A program made the position numbers and the translations under genes. Under the pieces are notes generated by a model, which had not been told where the DNA came from, searched no databases, and saw only the letters and a list, made by a program, of their open reading frames with translations. Shown here in pieces: positions 26,982 through 35,582 of a stretch of DNA of 64,000 bases; positions within the stretch are counted from its first letter, which is position 1; each line of letters begins with the position of its first letter. Source of the stretch: Candidatus Multivoradales bacterium (GTDB lineage: Bacteria > Acidobacteriota > Thermoanaerobaculia > Multivoradales > JAHEKO01). Location: NCBI GenBank assembly GCA_965223155.1, contig CBDCVR010000015.1, forward strand, positions 512,001-576,000, written 5' to 3'.

Positions 26982-28893
26982 AGAAACACATCCACGCCGC
27001 ATCGGCCAATACGAGATCCTGGGCGTCATCGGCAAGGGCGCCATGGGCAAGGTCTACAAGGGCGTCCAGCCGTCGCTCAATAGGATCGTCGCCATCAAGG
27101 TCCTACCGCCAGAGCTCGCCGACGACGAGCGAGTCGAGCGCTTTAGCCGCGAAGCCAAAGCGGTAGCGCTCTTGAACCACCCCAACGTGGTCCAAATCAT
27201 CGACAAGGACCAGGACGGGGACCAGGTCTTCTTCGTCATGGAGTACGTCGCCGGCACCTCGCTCGAGGCCGTGATGCGCAAGCGGCGGTTGTCGCTGCCC
27301 GAGGCAGTTCGTGTCTTCAAAGCCGTCTGCCGGGGCATGGCCGCCGCCCACAAGAAAGAGATCGTCCATCGGGACCTTTCGCCCCGGAACGTGCTTGTGA
27401 CCGAGGACCTGCTGACCGCCAAGATCGCCGACTTCGGGATCAGCCGGGTGGAGTCCATCTCGCGCGAGATGGGCACGCTGTCGACCAGCGAAGTGAGCAT
27501 GGGCACGCTTCACTACATGGCTCCGGAGCAGGCGCAGGACATGGCGTCCTCGGATCACCGAAGCGACATCTACTCCTTGGGAGTCTTGCTCTACGAGATG
27601 CTGACCGGCCGGGTACCGGTTGGCCGCTTCAGCCTGCCCAGCCAGCTCAACTCGGAGGTTCCCCCCGAGGTCGATCCTGTCGTCCTCCGCTGCCTGGAGG
27701 CCGACCCGGCCGACCGCTATCAGGAGGTCTCAAAGCTCCTGGCCGACGTCGAGCGGCTGGAAGACCACCTCAAGCTGGGCCTGGTCAACGAGGTCCGTGG
27801 TCTGTCCCAGTCGACCTCCAAGATCATCATCAAGTCGGCCAGAACCCGGGCCGTGCAAATTGCCGTCGGCCTCGCCGTTCTCGCGGGACTGGCCGCGGCC
27901 GGCGTCTGGATCGTGCGCAGCAAGGCTCCCGAGCCGGTACCGACCGCGGGCGGCGACGCGCTAGTGGCGGTCAAGCAGGACCGCTCCGGACTCAAGGAGC
28001 GGGAGGATCGCTTACCGGCGCTCGTCGATTTGGACGTCCCCGAATCCTCGGTCCCGACCGAGGATGCCGAAGAGGCCACCGTCCAAGTCGAGACCCCGGT
28101 CAAGACGCAGCAACCAGCGGCGCGAGGCGAGACCGAAGCCGAAGCGAACGAGCGCCGGGCGGCGGCAGCTCTAGAGGGCGCGATCGCCAGGATGAACGGC
28201 CAGGAATGGGATCGGGCGATCGGCGAGTTGGATGCGCTGATGGCAAGCGAACCGCCGGCGAGCATCGGCCGCCAGGCATTGCTTCTGCTCGGCAAGGCGC
28301 ACGAGCGCAAGCGTGACGACGGCAAGGCCCGGACGGCCTATCTCGACCTGGATCGCCGCTACCCGGGCAGCACCGAGGCCGCCGAAGGTCTCTACCGGTT
28401 GGCTTCCAAGCTCCAGAAGCAAGGTGGGCGTGACCGATTGCGGGAGGCCCGGACCTATCTGGACAAGATCGCGAACGACTACTCCTCCTCCAACTGGGCG
28501 CCCAGGGCCTTGATCGACAAGGCCGTCATCGAGAAGGACGCCAAGTGGCACGTCGACGATCCCGTCCTGAAGGCCCGGGTTCCGGCAGCCCTCGTCAGCT
28601 ACCGCCAGTTCGTCGCCAAGTACCCCAGCCACGCCCAGGCACCGATGGCGCTCAACGCCCTCGGCGATCTCTACGAGGACGAGAAACTGCCGGCCAAGGC
28701 GGCGGCCACGTTCGAGACCCTGGCCAGGCGATTCCCCGCCAATCCCTACGACGCCTGGTGGAAGGCCGCGCAGGTCTACGACCGGCGCCTGGACCAGTTC
28801 GACAAGGCGATCACAGCCTACGAAAACGTGCCGAAATCCTCGAAACGCTTCCCGGACGCGCAGCGACGGATCGTCCGCTTGAAGCGCAAGTAG
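26974..28893 (+). CDS. Membrane Hanks-type Ser/Thr kinase with periplasmic TPR (BamD/CpoB-like) domain
   Basis: GKGAMG, VAIK, FSREA, HPNVV, HRDLSPRN, DFG, GTLHYMAPE, DIYSLG; one TM helix; TPR units ending YPGS/YSSS/YPSH/FPAN; 8-bp overlap with mscS-FHA. Confidence 0.93.
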   Translation: MSEETHPRRIGQYEILGVIGKGAMGKVYKGVQPSLNRIVAIKVLPPELADDERVERFSREAKAVALLNHPNVVQIIDKDQDGDQVFFVMEYVAGTSLEAVMRKRRLSLPEAVRVFKAVCRGMAAAHKKEIVHRDLSPRNVLVTEDLLTAKIADFGISRVESISREMGTLSTSEVSMGTLHYMAPEQAQDMASSDHRSDIYSLGVLLYEMLTGRVPVGRFSLPSQLNSEVPPEVDPVVLRCLEADPADRYQEVSKLLADVERLEDHLKLGLVNEVRGLSQSTSKIIIKSARTRAVQIAVGLAVLAGLAAAGVWIVRSKAPEPVPTAGGDALVAVKQDRSGLKEREDRLPALVDLDVPESSVPTEDAEEATVQVETPVKTQQPAARGETEAEANERRAAAALEGAIARMNGQEWDRAIGELDALMASEPPASIGRQALLLLGKAHERKRDDGKARTAYLDLDRRYPGSTEAAEGLYRLASKLQKQGGRDRLREARTYLDKIANDYSSSNWAPRALIDKAVIEKDAKWHVDDPVLKARVPAALVSYRQFVAKYPSHAQAPMALNALGDLYEDEKLPAKAAATFETLARRFPANPYDAWWKAAQVYDRRLDQFDKAITAYENVPKSSKRFPDAQRRIVRLKRK

Positions 28894-28987
28894 CCATCCG
28901 CCCGCGGGCTCGCTCCGGGCTCGGCCCGGGCCCGGCCACGGATCCGAGCAACGACCCGAGTGACCGTCGTCTCGCGCCCGCGGCCCG

Positions 28988-29023
28988 AATAAGAAACGGC
29001 CGGCCCCGAAACGGGACCGGCCG
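28988..29023 (-). terminator. Rho-independent terminator of the Rieske/cytochrome b operon
   Basis: Minus-strand hairpin CGGCCGGTCCCG-TTT-CGGGGCCGGCCG followed by TTTCTTATT. Confidence 0.75.
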
Positions 29024-29051
29024 CATCGAACTGTGGGAACTGATCGGTAGC

Positions 29052-29828
29052 CTAGCCGGCCGAGCTGAACTCGAAGGCAGCGGCGGCGGCGCTATCCGCG
29101 GCGACCGAGACCGACACGGTCTGGGTGCCAAGGGTCTCGTGCCAGGCCTCGAGAACGTAGTCGCCCGCGGGCAGACCGTCGATCTCAAAGGAACCGTCCG
29201 CGCCGGTGACGGCGAAGAACGGATGGTCCAGCACCGCCATGTAGGCAGCCATCCACGGGTGGACGTCGCACTTGAAGCGGACCATGACCTCGGGATTGTC
29301 GAACTGCTTCTCGAGCTCCATGCCCTGGAAGGGTTGTCCCTGGTTGAACTCGTCGTTGTTCGTGGGCAGCGCGTGCACGTTGTGGAGCGTCGGATCGCTG
29401 TTGCGGACGACAATCTTCTGGCCCACCATGACGCCCGAAACGTGCGGGGTGTACTTGCAACCCTGCTGATCCAGAACGTGGGCGTCAGCCGGCGCCTGAT
29501 AGCTTCCGCTCAGCCCTTCTTTGACGTAGACGAACACGTTGCCGAGCTTGCCGTCGGCGGTGACCACGGACTCCGTCTCCACCGCTCCGGTGTGCAGTCC
29601 GGCGCAAACCGGATCGGCGTCCATCTTGATCACCGTGTCCGGGTCGCCGTTCGTGTAGTTGACCAGACCGGTCACCGTGCCTACGCCTTCGGCGGGCGTG
29701 GCCGGAGCGGGCGCGGGAGCGCTGCTCTCCTCGGCGACGGTTCCCGAGTCTCCGGCACCTCCGCCGCACGCGGCGAGAGCGACGAGAAAAACGATTCCAG
29801 AAAACGCAATCCAGCGATTCTTGTGCAT
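29052..29828 (-). CDS. Lipoprotein with cupredoxin-like (His..CDVHPWM) and carboxypeptidase-regulatory-like domains
   Basis: Lipobox LAAC; DPVC, LDQQGCKYTPH, NSDPTLHNVH, KCDVHPWM, PFFAVT..G.F.I.GLPAG.Y...WHE. Confidence 0.8.
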   Translation of the reverse strand: MHKNRWIAFSGIVFLVALAACGGGAGDSGTVAEESSAPAPAPATPAEGVGTVTGLVNYTNGDPDTVIKMDADPVCAGLHTGAVETESVVTADGKLGNVFVYVKEGLSGSYQAPADAHVLDQQGCKYTPHVSGVMVGQKIVVRNSDPTLHNVHALPTNNDEFNQGQPFQGMELEKQFDNPEVMVRFKCDVHPWMAAYMAVLDHPFFAVTGADGSFEIDGLPAGDYVLEAWHETLGTQTVSVSVAADSAAAAAFEFSSAG

Positions 29829-29906
29829 CTCAAGACCTCCTTCGTACCTTGTTAGCTTGCTGGGAAGGGTAGACGGGCGCGCGCGGAACGAGACTCGAGC
29901 CGCCCG

Positions 29907-32840
29907 CTATTCGAGATTCCACCAGATGTGATCGCGCAGCGCAACCGCAACCTGGTCGGTGTCCGCCAGGAACTCCTTGAGCTCGGCATCGGACGTGAAG
30001 TGCCGCATCATCTCGGCCTTCTGGGCCGCGAACATGGGGGCGTCGATGGCGTTCGCCAGCGGCGACTGGTAGCTGCCGTCGGCGAGCTTCTGGAAGTTGG
30101 CGGGCATGTTGGTGCCGCGCACCCAGCTCTGGGGATCCTTGATCCAGTCGGGAACCCAATCGTGCCGCAGGCGGTCCCGGGCCAGAAGCAGCGACGGCGC
30201 CAGCTCGGCCGAGCTCACGCCCGCGGCTCCGGCCGCCTGCGGACCGGCCGGATGGCACTTGGCGCACTGCAGCATGTTGAAGGTCACCCGGCCCACGGTC
30301 TGGTTGCGGGCGCTGGGGCGCTGGGGCGCCGACAGGAACGCCGTCCTGCCGTCGCGGGCCGAAAAATACGCCAAGAGCGAGTTGACCTGGCCATCGGCGA
30401 AATCAAAGGTCGGCATGCGCACCGAGAGCCAGGGACGCATCGTCTCCGAGGCCGGATCGTGTAGGTAGTCGAACAGCCAGTCGGACTGGACCCGGGCGCC
30501 CTGGGCGGCCAGGTTGGGAGGCAGCAGGCCGACGTCGTCGATCGCCGTCTTGATGGCGTGCCCCTGGTCCTCGATCAGATGGCAACCCTTGCAGTTGTAG
30601 CTGGTGATGAGCTTGCGGCCGGCGGCCACGGCGGCGGAGTCGCTCGCCTGATTGGCTCGGCGGCTTGCGACCACCGAGTCCTTGGTAAAGCCCAGGACGT
30701 TGGCGAGGACGGCCTCCGCCTCCCGCTCGGACATGCCGAAGTTGGGCATCCGGTAGAGCTCGTTGTAGCTCTTGACCGACTCTTTGCCCTCGTCCCAGAC
30801 TCGCGGCTCGAGCAGCTTGTGCTTGATCCAGTCGTGCCTGGTGTGCGGCACGTCGTGGACGTGGCCGAAATCGAACTGATGGACGGGCTTCGAGCCTTCC
30901 TCGGTGAGCTCGACGCCGATGGGCTTGGCGTTCTCGAAGCCGGCCACGTCGTGGCAGCCCCAGCAGCCATACTTCTGGATCGTCTCTTCACCCAGGTAGA
31001 CGTTGCGCTCGACCTCGTCCATGGCTTCCATCGCCGCCACGCTCTGGTCGTAGGTGAGGTTGTTGCGCAGATAGCCCAGGACCAGCTCATCCCGGAACTC
31101 GGCGTTGATCGCCGGCACCTCCAGGCCTTCCCAGTCCGCGTCCCGCCCGGTCAGCAAGTAGGCGGTGATGTCGGCGGCCTCCCGGTCAGTGAGCCGCAGG
31201 CTGGGCATGCGCGACTCGGGGTTGTACTGCTTGGGATCCTTGAGCCAGGCGTACAGCCAAGGCGCCGAGAGCTTGCTGCCCGCCCGAATCAGGTTCGGAC
31301 CGTGCAGGCGGTTGATCTGTGGAAAGAAGTCGTCGCGCTTGGCTTCCAGGTCTTGGACGTGGCAGCCAAGGCAGCCGACGGATTCGAAGAGCTCGCGACC
31401 GCGCGCCGGGTTGCCCGCGGGAGCCGCCGGGTAGCTCACGTCCTCCGATTGCGACCAGAGGTAGGCGACGATGCCGGCGATCTCGGCCTCCTGGCGGGCC
31501 AGATTCTCGGGCGTGGTGGTATTGGGCTCGAAGAAGAAGTGCGGCATCCAGGTGGTGGGCCGGAACTCCCGCGGCGCGGCGATCCACTTGTAGGCGAAGC
31601 CGGGATCGATCTTCGAGGCCACCTTGCGCAGCGACGGTCCCGGCCGGAGCAGGTCGCGGTAGGCCTCGTAATCGATCTTGTGGCAGACATAGCAACCCAT
31701 CTTGGTGACCAGCTGCCGTCCGGCGTCCTGGAGCTCCGAGCCCGAGGTCCAGGCGTTGCCCTCGTGGCAGCCGATGCAGCCGGCTTCCGAGTACTTGGCC
31801 GGGAGGATCGGCGTATCGAGATACTTCTGCGGCTTCCAACCCCACTTCTTCTTCCACTCGGCCTTCTCTTCTTCGCTCTCGGGCGAATGGCCGGCGCGGG
31901 CGAAGTCAGTGGCTCGGTCGAGACCGCCATGGCAGGTGGTGCAACCGAAGGTCGCGTAGGGATGGGGCGAGCCTGCCGAAAGGAAGAGATCCAGCCTGGG
32001 ATGGCTACGGAACGGCTCCTCCCACTCCTCGCCCTCGAAGCCGCTCCGGGTCGAGCCCAGGTGGCAGGTCACGCACCGGTCTACCCGATCCACGTTGGTG
32101 AAGTTGATGTCGTTGTAGAGGCCTGACAGGATCACCTGCTCGATTTTGAGATCGGGCTGGACGAAGTCCATGAAGGGCGCGTTCAGGACGAAGTAGTCGA
32201 GCTTCTTGTCCAGGTTGGCGACTCGCTGCTCGAGCCCGTCGAGGCCCGAGCGCAGCGCCGCCAGCTTGCTGTCAGCGGCGTCCAGGCCCGAGCGCTCGGC
32301 CTCGAGCTGACTCTCCAGCTCGGCTTCCCGGACGCGCAGAGCTTCCAGCTCACGCAGCTCCCCTTCGAGCTTGGCCCCAAGCTCGTCGTTTTCCCGCTTC
32401 CGCGTCTCGATGCGCTTGGCCTTGCCGCTCTGGAGCGCGACGTCGTACTCGTAGCGCGCGGTGTCGAGCTTGGACTTGGTGGCCCGCGAGGCCGCATCCA
32501 CGATGTAGATCTGTTTGGCGGTGGCTTCGAGGTCGCCTTCCAGGGCCTCGAGATCGGCCTTGCGGTCGGCGAGCGCCGTCTCTTCGGCCGCGATCTCCTC
32601 CCGAATCTGGCGGATCTCATTGTCGCTGAGGCTCTGCTTTTCGGCCTCGGCCTCGGCCACCAGCATCTGCTGCTCGCGCTCCCGGAACTCGGACTGGAGT
32701 CGTTTCCAGGGCTTGGCGTAGTCGTCGAAGACCATCCACAGCGTTGTCGCCAGGAGCGCGATCGAGCTCCACGCGAAGACCGCGTTCAGACTGCGGAAGT
32801 TGTAGTGCCGGTCGGGAATCTTCTTGGGCGCCTTGGACAT
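29907..32840 (-). CDS. Membrane-anchored octaheme c-type cytochrome subunit of the Rieske/cytochrome b complex
   Basis: N-terminal TM helix, long coiled coil, eight CxxCH (CVTCH, CTTCH, CIGCH, CYVCH, CLGCH, CWGCH, CKGCH, CAKCH), repeated GPxL..W..P..MP modules. Confidence 0.9.
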   Translation of the reverse strand: MSKAPKKIPDRHYNFRSLNAVFAWSSIALLATTLWMVFDDYAKPWKRLQSEFREREQQMLVAEAEAEKQSLSDNEIRQIREEIAAEETALADRKADLEALEGDLEATAKQIYIVDAASRATKSKLDTARYEYDVALQSGKAKRIETRKRENDELGAKLEGELRELEALRVREAELESQLEAERSGLDAADSKLAALRSGLDGLEQRVANLDKKLDYFVLNAPFMDFVQPDLKIEQVILSGLYNDINFTNVDRVDRCVTCHLGSTRSGFEGEEWEEPFRSHPRLDLFLSAGSPHPYATFGCTTCHGGLDRATDFARAGHSPESEEEKAEWKKKWGWKPQKYLDTPILPAKYSEAGCIGCHEGNAWTSGSELQDAGRQLVTKMGCYVCHKIDYEAYRDLLRPGPSLRKVASKIDPGFAYKWIAAPREFRPTTWMPHFFFEPNTTTPENLARQEAEIAGIVAYLWSQSEDVSYPAAPAGNPARGRELFESVGCLGCHVQDLEAKRDDFFPQINRLHGPNLIRAGSKLSAPWLYAWLKDPKQYNPESRMPSLRLTDREAADITAYLLTGRDADWEGLEVPAINAEFRDELVLGYLRNNLTYDQSVAAMEAMDEVERNVYLGEETIQKYGCWGCHDVAGFENAKPIGVELTEEGSKPVHQFDFGHVHDVPHTRHDWIKHKLLEPRVWDEGKESVKSYNELYRMPNFGMSEREAEAVLANVLGFTKDSVVASRRANQASDSAAVAAGRKLITSYNCKGCHLIEDQGHAIKTAIDDVGLLPPNLAAQGARVQSDWLFDYLHDPASETMRPWLSVRMPTFDFADGQVNSLLAYFSARDGRTAFLSAPQRPSARNQTVGRVTFNMLQCAKCHPAGPQAAGAAGVSSAELAPSLLLARDRLRHDWVPDWIKDPQSWVRGTNMPANFQKLADGSYQSPLANAIDAPMFAAQKAEMMRHFTSDAELKEFLADTDQVAVALRDHIWWNLE

Positions 32841-32850
32841 CGATCGGGCC

Positions 32851-33930
32851 TTACAGGTTCAGGAAGAATTCCTGGATGTGAACGAAGTACTTCAAGTTGA
32901 AGATCCAGCGCAGGAACATCTTGATCGGCAAGAGCATCATGGTCAGAAACAGGCTCATGCCGACGTAGTAGCGCGGCGGCCCCATCTCGTCGTAGAAGCG
33001 CTTGATGTATTGCAACTTGATGAGAGCGACCGGCAGCACGAAGAAATAGCCCAGCATGAGCACGATGCCGAGGCTCTCCCGGATGATCCAGTGGGACGGC
33101 AGGCCCATCCCGAGGATCTTGATCCAGAAGATCTCGGACAGATCCACGTTGACCAGAGGCTCGATCTTGTTGACGTCCCAGAACTCGTAGGGACCGAAGA
33201 AGTTCCAGTTGGGCCCGCGCAGGAAGGTGCCGATGACGATGAGCTGGACCCAGAGGACGACGAAGCCGAACAAGAACAGGATGATCTCGGTCTTGCGTTC
33301 CTTGAAGGTGTAGTAACCGTTGCCCTTGGGATTGGTGTCGATGTACGGGATCGCCATCAAGCCGACGATGATGAGCCCCGGCAGAACCACCCCCGCCATC
33401 CAGGGATCGAAATAGACCAGCATTTCCTGGAGCCCCAGGAAGTACCACGGCGCCTTGGAAGGGTTCGGAGCCACCGACAGGTTGGCCGGCTCTTCGAGCG
33501 GCGCCTTGAGCACGATCGACCAGATCACCATCCCCACCGTCAGGATCACCATGCAGATGAACTCGGAGAAGACCAGGTCGGGCCAGGTGAAAATCTTGTC
33601 CTCGGACTCGCTCTTTTCGAACGTCGGCTCGCCGCGGTCGATGGCCTCATCGTTCTGGATGGCCTTGTACATCGCCAGCCACCAAAAGTAGCCGACGAGG
33701 TAGACCATCATCACGATGGGCACGTTGTCGGGCTTGGCCACGACCTCGCGAAAGGTCGGATCGAACGAGCTGACCACGAAAAACAGGGTCATCAGGATCA
33801 GCATGATCCAGCCGCCGGTCTTGGTCCAAAGCCACTTGGACTTGACCGCCAGCCAGAAGAGGATCAGGGAAAGGGTGAAGGAATACTGCGGGTACGAGAG
33901 GGTATTGATGAATCCCTTGATCGCTTCCAT
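32851..33930 (-). CDS. Cytochrome b C-terminal part (subunit IV/QcrC-like) with extra TM helices
   Basis: FTWPDLV, APLEEPAN..PNPSKAPWYFLGLQEML (APWY at the PEWY position), PYID. Confidence 0.85.
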   Translation of the reverse strand: MEAIKGFINTLSYPQYSFTLSLILFWLAVKSKWLWTKTGGWIMLILMTLFFVVSSFDPTFREVVAKPDNVPIVMMVYLVGYFWWLAMYKAIQNDEAIDRGEPTFEKSESEDKIFTWPDLVFSEFICMVILTVGMVIWSIVLKAPLEEPANLSVAPNPSKAPWYFLGLQEMLVYFDPWMAGVVLPGLIIVGLMAIPYIDTNPKGNGYYTFKERKTEIILFLFGFVVLWVQLIVIGTFLRGPNWNFFGPYEFWDVNKIEPLVNVDLSEIFWIKILGMGLPSHWIIRESLGIVLMLGYFFVLPVALIKLQYIKRFYDEMGPPRYYVGMSLFLTMMLLPIKMFLRWIFNLKYFVHIQEFFLNL

Positions 33931-33986
33931 TACCGGCTCCCCCGCTTGCGCCTAGCGGCGACGATTTCGACTGCTACCACGGGCTG

Positions 33987-34772
33987 CTAGACCGGACCCG
34001 AGATTCCGCCGTCCTTGCGGACGCGCCAGAAGTGAACCGCCATCAGGCACGCCGCGACGAAGGGGATGCCGAGACAGTGCAGGACGTAGAAGCGGATGAG
34101 CGTTCCGCCACCGATGGTGCGGCCCGCAATGAGCGCAAAGCGGGCGTCGCTACCGACGTGAATGAGTTTCTGGCCCCCTAAGGTCAAGAGCGCCGCTCCT
34201 GGTCCCTCGTGCCCCAAGAGCGGCGTCGCTCGCGCCATGTTCGAGCCGACCGTGATCGCCCAGACCGCGAGCTGATCCCAAGGCAACAGGTACCCGGTAA
34301 AGGACAGCAAGAGTGTCAGCACCAGCAGGATCACGCCCACGTTCCAGTTGAACTCGCGCGGCGGCTTGTACGAACCGGTCATGAACACCCGGAACATGTG
34401 GAGCCACACCGCGATCACCATGGCATGGGCGCCCCAGCGATGGAGCTCGCGCATGATGCCGAAGGCGGCAACCTCGCGCAGATCCACCATGTCGAAGTAG
34501 GCGTACTCGACCGTCGGCCGGTAGTAGAACATCAGCAGCAACCCCGTAATGGTCTCCACCAGGAAGAGAAAGAACGAGGTCCCTCCCATGCACCACGTGT
34601 AGCTCATCCTGAGACCCGACTTCTTGACCTTGATCGGATGCAGATGCAGGACGACGTTGCCCAGCATCGCCAGGGCACGCTTCCGGTTGTCAGTCGGAAT
34701 CCCGACCCGGAAGATGGACTTCCAGATCTGGGACTTGACGATCGCCTTTTGAAGGTCTCTCAGTTTTTCCAT
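33987..34772 (-). CDS. petB: Cytochrome b6-like subunit (split cytochrome b, N-terminal part)
   Basis: YTWCMGG (heme ci Cys), LHRWGAH, YKPPREFNW, TGYLLPWDQ, helix D H-x14-H, GISGP terminus. Confidence 0.92.
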   Translation of the reverse strand: MEKLRDLQKAIVKSQIWKSIFRVGIPTDNRKRALAMLGNVVLHLHPIKVKKSGLRMSYTWCMGGTSFFLFLVETITGLLLMFYYRPTVEYAYFDMVDLREVAAFGIMRELHRWGAHAMVIAVWLHMFRVFMTGSYKPPREFNWNVGVILLVLTLLLSFTGYLLPWDQLAVWAITVGSNMARATPLLGHEGPGAALLTLGGQKLIHVGSDARFALIAGRTIGGGTLIRFYVLHCLGIPFVAACLMAVHFWRVRKDGGISGPV

Positions 34773-34824
34773 GAACTCCCCGCTCTATCCTGCCGAACCT
34801 TGTTTCCGGGTCCGGTCTCGAGAC

Positions 34825-35406
34825 CTAGCCCATCTCGAGGTACGAGTTGGGATCTTCCCAACCGCCCTGCTCCCACAAGTACCTTTGCGCCTTATCGACC
34901 ACGATCTGGCCATCGGCCGGATCGATCGCGATCTTGGCCCGCTCCAACGGCCGCGGCGTCGGACCCTCGAAGTTGATGCCGTTCTTGTAGTAGCCGCTGC
35001 CGTGGCACGGGCACTTGAATTTGTTCTGCGCTTCCAGCCAGGCGGGCGGACAGCCGAGGTGCGTGCAGATCGCGATCAGCGCGGTCAGCTGGCCCTCGTT
35101 GTTGACGATCCAGACGCCGTTCGAGTCCTTGAAGCGCTCGTCCACGACTCCCGGCGGAAAATCCGAAGGAGCTCCGACCTTGAAGGACGTCGGCGGCTCG
35201 AACAGCACGTTCGGGAACATAAAGCGCCCGAACGCCGTCATGCAGCCGCCGATGGCCGCGGTAAAACCAACCCACGCCACGGCCGCCCACGAGAACAGAC
35301 CGCGGCGGCTGATCTCGGCGTCGGCGGAGGCCTTGGGCTTGGCGGGCTTGGCCGCGGCCGGCTTTGCCGGCTCCGAACTTCCGTCCACCTGGATCTCTTC
35401 GCTCAT
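34825..35406 (-). CDS. petC: Rieske 2Fe-2S protein of the bc/b6f-type complex
   Basis: Tat motif SRRGLF, CTHLGC, CPCHGSGY, GPTPRPL; trimmed to ATG 35406. Confidence 0.93.
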   Translation of the reverse strand: MSEEIQVDGSSEPAKPAAAKPAKPKASADAEISRRGLFSWAAVAWVGFTAAIGGCMTAFGRFMFPNVLFEPPTSFKVGAPSDFPPGVVDERFKDSNGVWIVNNEGQLTALIAICTHLGCPPAWLEAQNKFKCPCHGSGYYKNGINFEGPTPRPLERAKIAIDPADGQIVVDKAQRYLWEQGGWEDPNSYLEMG

Positions 35407-35582
35407 CGGGTTCGCTGGCCACGCAGAGGTTACCCCGCCCGCGCGCAAAACTGCCAAAACGTTGCGCTGTTTTTATTCGAACGGCCGCTTGGGTGTCAAG
35501 GTTGGCCGGACGCCGAAAACCCTTCGATCGGCCGGCCGGAACTCGCCCGGAGCCCGCGATCGGCACGGCTATACTCCCGACC

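Noticed and set aside
29907-32840. Octaheme protein as HAO or octaheme nitrite reductase
   Set aside because: Widely spaced class-I-like heme modules, no CxxCK and the bc operon context do not fit.
35440-35500. TTGGCA..TTTTGC as a sigma54 promoter for the Rieske operon
   Set aside because: The GG-to-GC spacing is not 10 nt. A nearby TTGACA lacks a clean -10, so no promoter was called.
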